This document shows positions 1 through 8,135 of a DNA stretch of 16,048 nt, in pieces. Every line of letters begins with the position of its first letter. The stretch's first letter is position 1. Origin of the DNA: Octopus sinensis (lineage: Eukaryota); assembly GCF_006345805.1 (NCBI RefSeq), contig NW_021825556.1:1-16048 (forward strand), in the 5' to 3' direction. The translations under genes were made by a program, and so were the position numbers. The notes under the pieces were generated by a model. The model did no database searches and was not told the DNA's origin. It worked only from the letters and a program-made list of their open reading frames with translations.

Positions 1-327
1 TATTTATGAGTAGAATCATGTGCATTTGTGTGCTTATATAAAAATGTGTATGTGTAAAAAGTCATATATATTTGTGTATATGAATACATATATCTGTGTG
101 TATATGTGTGTTTTTACACTCGAAGATGAATATATATATATATATATATATATAATTATACACCATTATAAATGCATATGAATGAGTGCATATCCACCGA
201 GGCAAATACGCCCATATGTGCAATAATCAAAATTTTACATTCCGATGAACATCCACATATATGCGCTTACATGTATAATTGTATACAGTTTCGCTTACAC
301 TGGTGCGTGTGTGTGTGTGTATGCATA

Positions 328-394
<67 letters not shown>

Positions 395-470
395 CACACA
401 ACTCAGATATATATATTATATATATATATATATATAATACGCGAGAAAGAAGCAACAAGAATGGATAGGT

Positions 471-561
471 TTTTAGTACAATCGTTTCATACAAGGACAG
501 GCTTTATTAAATGTTGCAAAAATTACAGCATACAAACGCGTCCCGTACTCATCAGCTAAAA
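471..561 (-). ncRNA. Type I hammerhead ribozyme motif, apparently complete (Penelope/retrozyme-like)
   Basis: Minus strand: stem I TTTTAG (561-556) / CTAAAA (476-471); core CTGATGA (555-549); stem II GTACGGGACG paired to TGTCC(T)TGTAT (10 bp, 3 G-U, 1 bulge) closing a ~39-nt insert; GAAA (488-485); minimal stem III AC-GATT-GT; GTA triplet with predicted cleavage between 477 and 476. Confidence 0.75.
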
Positions 562-592
562 TACACTAGGATGTCTAGAGAACTCACATGTA

Positions 593-682
593 TTTTACTG
601 ATGAGTACGGGACGCGTTTGTATGCTGTAATTTTTGCAACATTTAATAAAGCCTGTCCTTGTATGAAACGATTGTACTAAAA
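593..682 (+). ncRNA. Second copy of the hammerhead motif, with stem I junction base deleted
   Basis: CTGATGA 598-604, stem II 605-614/654-664, GAAA 665-668, GTA 674-676. The G preceding the core is missing (tttta-ctgatga), so C677 has no partner. Confidence 0.65.
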
Positions 683-829
683 ACTATCCATTCTTGTTGC
701 TTCTTTCTCGCTTATAATCACCCCACATTACTGTATTGTTAAAACAGTATAGTTTTTTTTTGGTGCATCTAAGTTAGGTACCATATCAAGTAAATTCATT
801 TAAATTAACTTGAATCTTTATTGCTTTTT

Positions 830-867
<38 letters not shown>

Positions 868-1140
868 TACGTACATACATACACATATACATACATTTAT
901 ACATACATATATATATATATACACACACGTATTTATATATTTATATTGTTGTGCACACTTTTATTATATGCATGCTTTTAGAAGAAGAAAAGCAACAACT
1001 ATAAATAATGTTTGTGTATATGTGTGAGAGTGAATCTTCCTCTATGTGTTGTCTATTATGCAGTGCATGTCAAAATGCTGCTTGCAAAATGATATTTCAA
1101 GAAAACAAACTACAGCGTGTAATAATAATTGTTATAATGC

Positions 1141-1348
1141 TTTCTACAATAGGCACAATGCTTGAAGTTTGGTGCTATGGATTCAATCGATCAGATCCAC
1201 TCCAGTACTCAACTGTTTGTTCTTACCGCGACCCAGAAAGTTCAAAGGCAAAGTCGACCTCGGAATTTGAACTTAGAACGGGAAATCGGAGGAAATGTTA
1301 CTAAGTATTTTGTTTGTGGTGCTAACGATTCTGCCAGCTCGCCTCCTT
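1141..1348 (-). mobile_element. Old, diverged tRNA-derived SINE, family A with tail type A2
   Basis: Reverse complement begins aaggaggcgagctggcagaatcgttagcac and retains a B-box-like ttctaagttcaaattcc and gaggtcgactttgccttt. It ends ...ttgtgcctattgtagaaa followed by an (ATT)-like tail. Clear but degraded similarity to the copies at 6455 and 12393. Confidence 0.85.
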
Positions 1349-1372
1349 GATAATAATAATAATAATAATAAT

Positions 1373-1458
1373 GTGGTTGTGTGGTAAATACCTTGCTTAC
1401 CAACCACATGGTTCTGGGTTCAGTCCCACTGCGAGGCACCTTGGGCAAGTTTCTTCTA
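1373..1458 (+). mobile_element. 5' fragment of tRNA-derived SINE family B (CORE-like)
   Basis: gtggttgtgtggtaa...ggttctgggttcagtcccactgcgaggcaccttgggcaagtttcttcta matches the reverse complement of 4311-4474. accttgggcaagt resembles the start of the CORE domain (from memory). Confidence 0.85.
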
Positions 1459-1500
1459 AGTGTCTTGTAAATAATGGCACTTATTTTATCAACCCCGAAA

Positions 1501-1890
1501 TAATCTTTTCTATTCTAGGCACAAGGTTCGAAATTTTGGGTGATGGGCCAGCCGATTAGATCGACCCCTGTACGTAACTGGCACTTAATTTATCAACCCC
1601 GAAAAGATGAAAGGTAAAGTCGACCTCGGCGGAATTTGAACTCAGAACGTAAAGACAGACGAACTACCTATTCCTTTACTACCCACAAGGGGCTACTAAA
1701 CACAGAGAGGACAAACAAGGACAGACAAACGGATGAAGTCGATTACATCGACCCAGTGCATAACTGGTACTTAATTTATCGACCCCGAAAGGATGAAAGG
1801 TAAAGTCGACCTCGGCGGAATTTGAACTCAGAACGTAACGGCAGACGAAATACCGCAAAGCATTTCGCCCGGCGTGCTAACGATTCTGCC
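1501..1890 (-). mobile_element. Family A SINE dimer: head + unit with tail A1 (1890-1669), then headless unit with tail A2 (1668-1501)
   Basis: Two bodies (gaccccgaaaggatgaaagg...gtcgacctcggcggaatttgaactcagaacg on +) joined at gacgaactacctattccttt, the reverse complement of the junction seen at 2931-2946. Confidence 0.9.
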
Positions 1891-2648
1891 TTATATAGAT
1901 TAGAAATATTAGTATGATTAATATAGTGTACAAAACAGCAATACCTTGAGTTCAAATCCATTATTATGTGGAAGCAAAGGACGAAACTTAACAAGATCAC
2001 ACAGCAGAGGGTTGAGATGGCTTTATGCGTCAACTACACGTGCAAAACATAGCAAAGAACTTGTCTTCAATTCTAACCATCTAATCTCTGAAAAAAAAGT
2101 GAAACCTTAGATAATGTAATAGTAACTATAGAATACCTGAATAAAAGACTGGCTGGTCTCAACTGGAACGCTTTTTAACATAGGCGTCCACTCGATCAAG
2201 CCTGATGTATCATTGTACATGTCTGAAGTTTAAATTTATGTTTTTTTTCCGGTTCATCTCAATGTCGGGTATGTATATCAGGTCTTCTGGTAAAGAGTTC
2301 CGATACGAATTAACGTCATATTTTGGTTGTCGAGGGAACCAAAATGATTTATCTGTTTGCAATCACATCACAGACCGATTCCTTGTGCAATCCCCAATTT
2401 TCCTACACAACCGAAAATCGTGAATAAATTAATTGCAAAGCCCAGTCCCTGTCATTTCATTCAGCTAATTGCATAAACTGAGTCAGTACAGACATGCTAG
2501 ATATCTTTACCAGTTCCTTAGTGAGATTTTCTAAGAACGTCAAAGCCAACATCACCTTCAACGCTGTTCATTGCGATCATGTTGGTGAAGATCATGTTGG
2601 GAAAGTCGTGATAATGATCATAGGGATAACTGCGACGAAGGCTATGCT

Positions 2649-2652
2649 GTAG

Positions 2653-2684
<32 letters not shown>

Positions 2685-2713
2685 GGTGGCAATGGTGGTG
2701 GTGGTGTGGTGGT
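2649..2713. repeat. Trinucleotide tract (GTT)n grading into (GGT)n; resumes at 3121-3180 as (GGT)/(CGT)/(ACG)
   Basis: Directly visible; interrupted by the SINE dimer. Confidence 0.9.
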
Positions 2714-3123
2714 GCTGGCAGATTCGTTAGCACACTGCGCGAAATGCTTGGCGGTATTTCGTCTGCCGCTACGTTCTGAGTTCAAATTCCGCCGAGGTTG
2801 ACCTTGCCTTTCATCCTTTCGGGGTCGATTAAATAAGTACCAGTTACGCACTGGGGTCGATATAATCGACTTAATCCGTTTGTCTGTCCTTGTTTGTCCC
2901 CTCTGTGTTTAGCCCCTTGTGGGTAATAAAGAAATAGGTATTTCGTCTGCCGTTACGTTCTGAGTTCAAATTCCGCCGAGGTCGACTTTGCCTTTCATCC
3001 TTTCGGAGTCGATTAAATAAGTACCAGTTACGCACTGGGGTCGATATAATCGACTTAATCTGTTTGTCTGTCCTTGTTTGTCCTCTCTGTGTTTAGCCCC
3101 TTGTGGGTAGTAAAGAAATAGGT
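2714..3123 (+). mobile_element. Family A SINE dimer: head + two 184-bp units (2753-2936, 2937-3120), inside a (GGT)n tract
   Basis: The units differ at 7 of 184 positions by my count. A-box-like tggcagattcgtt occurs only in the head; B-box gagttcaaattcc occurs in both units. (GGT)n lies on both sides. Confidence 0.93.
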
Positions 3124-3239
3124 GGTGGTGGTGGTCGTCGTCGTCGCCGTCGTCGTCGTAACGACAACGACGAAGACAATGACGGTAGTCGTGATGCTGA
3201 TAGTGGTTGATCGTGAATATTGATATTGGTAACAACTAT

Positions 3240-3515
3240 AATAAATAAATAAATAAATAAATAAATGCGCCCTTTTAAAGCCTCGCTAGGCTCATGGGCC
3301 CGGTTTCCCGGTTTCTACGGCGTATGTGTCCCCCAGGTGGATGGGACGCCAGTCCATCGCAGCGTTACTTATTTTTGCCAGCTGAGTGGACTGGAGCAAC
3401 GTGAAATGAAGTGTTTTGCTCAAGAACACAACGCGTCGCCCGGTCCAGGAATCGAAACCACAATCTTTCGATCATGGTGCTGACACCCTAACCACTAAGC
3501 CACGCGCCTCCATAC
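3240..3515 (-). mobile_element. Full-length tRNA-derived SINE family C with (TTTA)n tail and 12-bp TSD
   Basis: A box tggcttagtgg (3502-3492), B box ggtttcgattcc (3459-3448), tail = (TAAA)n on + at 3240-3265. TSD ggtaacaactat at 3228-3239 and 3516-3527. Confidence 0.92.
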
Positions 3516-3851
3516 GGTAACAACTATGAGAGTATACAAAATGAAAAGGAGTAGTGTGTGTGTGTGTGTGTGTATCGCCCTTTACTATCGTTTTGCAAGA
3601 TGCCTGCACTAATGTTGAAGAAATCGGTATCTAAGCCAGATTAACCTAGTTTAGATCTCGTGTTTTTGTAGAACATTATTATTGCTGTTACTTCTCGAGA
3701 AACAATGTATCTAAAAATTACTCCATTGCCGCCAGAAGACAGAGAGGAAAGCTTTTGAGAACTCTACGAACAGTAGTAGTACTGCTAGTAAGTTTTAGTC
3801 CTGACTTTTTCAGTGATACTTATAATTCTTAAGATTTGCAAATGATAGAGA

Positions 3852-4020
3852 GACTTTTTCCTGAACCCGTTTCGGTTTCTTTGTAAGACTTCTTTGAGTT
3901 CCCTTGACCACAAGTGGCCTGAACTCTTTACATGAACACCACCCTGTACATAACTCCATGTCCCCCTACATGGCCGTGCTTTTTGCTTTTTGAGCCAAAA
4001 AATTAACTAACTAACTAACT
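3852..4020 (+). mobile_element. Possible 3' end of a non-LTR retroelement with (TAAC)4 tail
   Basis: Unique-looking block ending gagccaaaaaat-(taac)4 at 4004-4020. The tail form is suggestive only; no TSD or protein motif found. Confidence 0.3.
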
Positions 4021-4234
4021 GACAATGTACATTTCAGCAGCGATTTATATTTATATAAACAGTGGAAGCTGTTTATTATACTCACTGATAACCTGCAAAG
4101 TGGATATGCTCAGGATATGGTTATAATCACTGCTGCATATTCTGTCAACCGCGTATTGTTACCTTAAAACCTCCTTCTTAAAAGGATCCCTATAAGAGGC
4201 TTCTGTGCATATAGTATACATGCATTATGTATGT

Positions 4235-4292
<58 letters not shown>

Positions 4293-4310
4293 ATATATAT
4301 ATATATATAT

Positions 4311-4471
4311 CAACGGGCTTCTTTCAGTTTCCGTCTACCAAATCCACTCACAAGGTTTTGCTCGGCCTGAAGCTATAGAAGAAGACACTTGCCCATGGTG
4401 CCACGCAATGGGACTGAACCCGGAATCATGTGGTTGGTGAGCAAGCTACTTACCACACAGCCACTCCTGCA

Positions 4472-4474
<3 letters not shown>
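4311..4474 (-). mobile_element. tRNA-derived SINE family B (CORE-like) between (TA)n tracts
   Basis: Reverse complement aggtgcaggagtggctgtgtggtaagtagc...ccgggttcagtcccattgcgtggcaccatgggcaagtgtcttc...ggaaactgaaagaagcccgttg has A/B-box-like motifs and is homologous to 1373-1458. Confidence 0.88.
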
Positions 4475-4506
<32 letters not shown>

Positions 4507-4559
4507 GTTTAAATATTTGTTGTGCAAGATTTTTTATGTGAAGTCGTGTGTTGAAACAG

Positions 4560-4694
4560 ATATTGTTATATTTCGGAATGGTCATGCAGTTGCCATTTAG
4601 CCAATATATATATAAACACTGAAGCAAAATAACACCAAATATATAGTGCGTGTGTTTTATTGGCTAAACTGGCAATATGACCATTCCGAAATAT

Positions 4695-4702
<8 letters not shown>
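4560..4702. repeat. Inverted repeat, arms 4560-4606 and 4658-4702 (probable MITE/foldback core)
   Basis: Outer 26 bp (atattgttatatttcggaatggtcat) pair perfectly; inner ttgcca(g)tttagccaata pairs with small indels; 51-nt spacer. Confidence 0.9.
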
Positions 4703-4743
<41 letters not shown>

Positions 4744-4787
4744 ATATATATAATATATATATATATATATGTATATGTATATATATA

Positions 4788-5148
4788 CTAGCAGTATCGC
4801 CCGGCGTTGCTCGAGTTTGTAAGGGAAATAACTATTAGCCATCTCAATATGGTTAACCACAAAGGGGGGTTGTTACTGTAGCCTTTTACGTTCTGAGATT
4901 TAATAACAAATTTTTAGAGAGTTACTTCCCTTATATATGCCCAAAATGCATTAAAAATGGGAAAAATTGATGGTAATTTTATTTTTAAATCGTAGACTCA
5001 TCGTAGACGCGCGCTAATACCCAAAAGGGCTCGATATGAATCACGACTATAAGATACCCGGTTTTGGTTAAACTGCACCGCAAAATGGGGGAGTAGTTAG
5101 GAATCTAAATCGTAGGAGACAGACACACAACCTCACTTTTATATATAA

Positions 5149-5151
<3 letters not shown>
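4788..5151 (-). mobile_element. Non-autonomous Helitron (364 bp)
   Basis: Minus strand starts A|TCTTTATATATAAAAG and ends CTAG|T, i.e. inserted between A and T with no TSD. An imperfect GC-rich hairpin (ctcgagcaacgccggg) lies 8 nt before CTAG. These are the established Helitron terminal features. Confidence 0.72.
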
Positions 5152-5182
<31 letters not shown>

Positions 5183-5287
5183 GATAAAATCCATTTCTTT
5201 CTGCTTTTAAAACAAAAAAAGATTTTATCATTTACATATATGCTGTTCAGTATCTATGCGTTGAATAAAATTTATCTTTCTACTTGG

Positions 5288-5322
<35 letters not shown>

Positions 5323-5419
5323 ACATATCAATGTATCTACGTATCTGTCTATCTATAGACACACACACATATAGAAAAAGAAAGATAAAAGTAAAAGAAG
5401 AAAAGGCGCGTATATATGC

Positions 5420-5630
5420 GTGTGTGTGTGTGTGTATGTATATACATACATACATACATACATACATACATACATACACACATACATACACACACCATAC
5501 ATACATACAACATACATACATACACACATACATACATACATACATACACACACACATACACACATACATTCATACATACATACATACATACATACATACA
5601 TACATACATACACACACACACATACATACA

Positions 5631-5663
<33 letters not shown>

Positions 5664-5782
5664 TCATACATACATACATACATACACACATAAATACATA
5701 CACACATACATACATTCATACATACATACATACATACACACATACATACATACATACATACATACATACATACATACATACA

Positions 5783-5813
<31 letters not shown>

Positions 5814-5820
5814 CACACAT
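5420..5820. repeat. Long (CATA)n/(CA)n microsatellite
   Basis: Directly visible; the source of the HTYI/MYVC pseudo-ORFs. Confidence 0.98.
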
Positions 5821-6350
5821 ATGCAAATATATTCACATATATACGTACACGCATACACATTCCCTACAAAGAACGTAACTATCGTTACATCTTCGCACAT
5901 CTATGCCGTGAAGTCTGGGCTATATGACGGCTTCTGAAATACTGCTGGAATCGGCCATAAAAGTAATCCTGGTATTTCAATTGCTGGATTACAGTAGTTA
6001 TAAAAGTAATCTTTATATTTCCAGGATTACAATAACTGTACACGGCTACTGATATACTAAACCATGTCTTCAAATTACTTCTGATTTCAATAAAGTATGT
6101 TTTGTAACAGATTATTACAGAAGACTGCAGAAGAGAGAAGTGAGAGGATATATACTGAGTACTAATGATACATAAATCAATGATAACGGTTTGTAGCACA
6201 ATTGAGAAAGCCATTCTTCTGCGTCATTATTGCTTCGATGGATAAAAGTGATAATGCGTTCCTTGAAAGATCAGCATGTCAAAACTGACAAACTGGTACA
6301 TACTAAGTTGGTTAGAGAGTCTGTCTAGTTGGGAAGAAGCTTTGTAGCTA

Positions 6351-7123
6351 CCGTAAATCCTCGAGTATTGTCCGCCCTTGAGTATAATACGCAGGGCATT
6401 TTTAGGGGGCTGTAACTCTGAAACACCTAAACCTTGTGTATAATACGCACCCCTATAAGGCGGCGAGCTGGCAGAAACATTAGCACACCGGGCGAAATGC
6501 GTAGCCGTATTTCGACTGCCGTTATGTTCTGGGTTCAAATTCCGCCGAGGTCGACTTTGCCTTTCATCCTTTCGGGGTCGATAAATTAAGTACCAGTTAC
6601 GCACTGGGGTCGATGTAATCGACTTAATCCGTTTGTCTGTCCTTGTTTGTCCCCTCTGTGTTTAGCCCCTTGTGAGTAGTAAAGAAATATATAATACGCA
6701 CCCCTTCTCTAACTTGAGTCGTGCATAATTAAGCCAGCAGCACCTAGTCGAACAAACACTTACGTGCATGCGTAATACAATAATGGTGATGTTCTTAACT
6801 GTTATATGGGAATGTATATATGTTTGCAAATTGTTTTTGTTACTTGTTATTCTGTGTTCTGAATACTTTCATTTTAATAAATGTTGCTTACTGCAAGTTA
6901 TGGATGATTCTTTTATGACTTCATTGCTTTCAGGCTTAGCTTAAGGTATTTTCGCGCCCCACATCACAAAATGCGTCTGAATAAACATTGCCGGACAGCA
7001 AACTGAGACTCGGACATGGCTTAGAAAATATTTTTCACTTTTAACCTCTTATATAGTACGCACTAGGGATTTTGACCTTTAAATTTTGGGGGAAAAGTGC
7101 GGATTATACTCGAGGATTTATGG
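6351..7123. mobile_element. Non-autonomous Tc2/pogo-type DNA transposon (about 522 bp without the nested SINE and TSD)
   Basis: TA|ccgtaaatcctcgagtattgtccgccc ... gtgcggattatactcgaggatttatgg|TA: 27-bp TIRs match at 23/27, TA on both flanks (6349-6350, 7124-7125), subterminal repeat tataatacgca. No transposase ORF. Confidence 0.8.
6455..6689 (+). mobile_element. Family A SINE monomer (tail A1) with 16-bp TSD, nested in the Tc2/pogo-type element
   Basis: ataaggcggcgagctggcagaaac...gggttcaaattcc...gtaaagaaata. TSD tataatacgcacccct at 6439-6454 and 6690-6705. Confidence 0.95.
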
Positions 7124-7912
7124 TATGTTCAATTTGAGTGGTAACATATAACCAAAGGAGTAGAAAAGATGCAAGAAAGGGATGCAAGAAACTTTAACAA
7201 GATGCCCCACTGATGAACTGAACTATTATAGAAGACAACAGGAGGAAATAAGGGGAAAATAAAGTTTAGTACCCAAACAAACTCCGAATGATTATCCAAA
7301 AGCATTTAGAAAGTTTGCTAAATTTTTGGATATTGGAATAAAACTCCACATAAATAAAATTGTTTCACCTTCCCGCTCGAAGTTCAATCATTCCATCTCA
7401 AAATAGAAAACAGCGAGAAATAAAGCAACTCACACAACACTACACAGTTTCCACCCAATAAAACAGAACAATTCTAGATTTTACATAATCGACTCCATAA
7501 TACCAACAACTCACCCAGTTTCCACCTCAAAATATAACACAACCCACATAGCATATACTCTCTACAATCACCACCCGGACAAGAACATGCACAACACAAC
7601 AAAATAACACAACATTGCACAGACAACACAACTCACATTGCACAGAGAACACAACAGATGAAACACTCAAATAATACCCGAAATAACAAACTAACACACA
7701 CAACTATACGAAGCAGATGGAGCATAGGAAACAATGCAACCATCACTCAGGTGCCCTTCCCTTGACTAGGGGTCGGCTTTCCAAGACTCTGCAATTCCCT
7801 CTGCGTTGTACTGCATGCATACACTTATGTAAACTCTTGTTTTCACTCCATTCTTTGATATCGTCAGTCTACAAACAGATGTATTAGTATAATGCTCAGG
7901 AATAGAAAAAGT

Positions 7913-7948
7913 CTTTTACGTTTCGAGCCTACGCTCTTCTACAGAAAG
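7913..7948 (-). ncRNA. Minimal variant hammerhead-like motif (Penelope-associated type)
   Basis: Minus strand cttt-CTGTAGA-a-gagc(gtag)gctc-GAAA-cg-TA-aaag: 4-bp stem I, 4-bp stem II, palindromic ACGT in place of stem III, GTA triplet. The core departs from CUGANGA (U at position 6, one extra A). Confidence 0.45.
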
Positions 7949-8012
7949 GGACACAGAAAGAAACAAGGAGAGAAACAAGGAGAGAATATGTGTGTAGTGG
8001 CAAACGATCTAT

Positions 8013-8135
8013 CATGTATGTATGCATGTATGTAAGTATGTATGTATGTATGTATGTATGTATGTATGTATGTATGTATGCATGTATGTATGTATGTATG
8101 TATGTATGTATATATGTATGTATGTATGTATGCAT
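8013..8135. repeat. (TATG)n microsatellite
   Basis: Directly visible; its 3' end is the RTE insertion site. Confidence 0.98.

Larger units (their letters stand above)
441..711. repeat. Near-perfect long inverted repeat (foldback); arms 441-565 and 589-711, 23-nt spacer
   Basis: The reverse complement of 589-711 equals 441-565 except for two single-base indels (an extra G at 468/469 and an extra C at 556 in the left arm). Spacer 566-588 = ctaggatgtctagagaactcaca. No convincing TSD. Confidence 0.97.

Noticed and set aside
431-720. Foldback as a classical TIR MITE with a TSD
   Set aside because: The flanks (tataatac / ttataatc) give no clean duplication and the termini match no superfamily I recognise. 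Left open rather than called.
2250-2345. Minus-strand peptide SLPEDLIYIPDIEMN resembling the IWxPDI motif of Cys-loop receptors
   Set aside because: Lacks the conserved W, the frame is closed by stops on both sides, and there are no good splice sites or other receptor motifs.
3440-3512. tRNA genes (also at 6459-6545, 12395-12480 and 4400-4470)
   Set aside because: A/B boxes are present but run into SINE bodies with tails and/or TSDs; I could not build complete cloverleaves.
7205-7255. CTGATGA at 7210 followed by GAAA as a further hammerhead
   Set aside because: No stem II pairing and no room for stem III plus the cleavage triplet.
7263-7406. FLDIGI (7323-7340) as a Penelope RT thumb motif
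   Set aside because: A single short match with no YVDD or other RT motifs, and on the opposite strand to the nearby hammerhead-like motif.
7825-7872. Minus-strand CTGACGA...GAAA as a hammerhead
   Set aside because: Stem II does not pair, and stem I cannot form without consuming the cleavage site.
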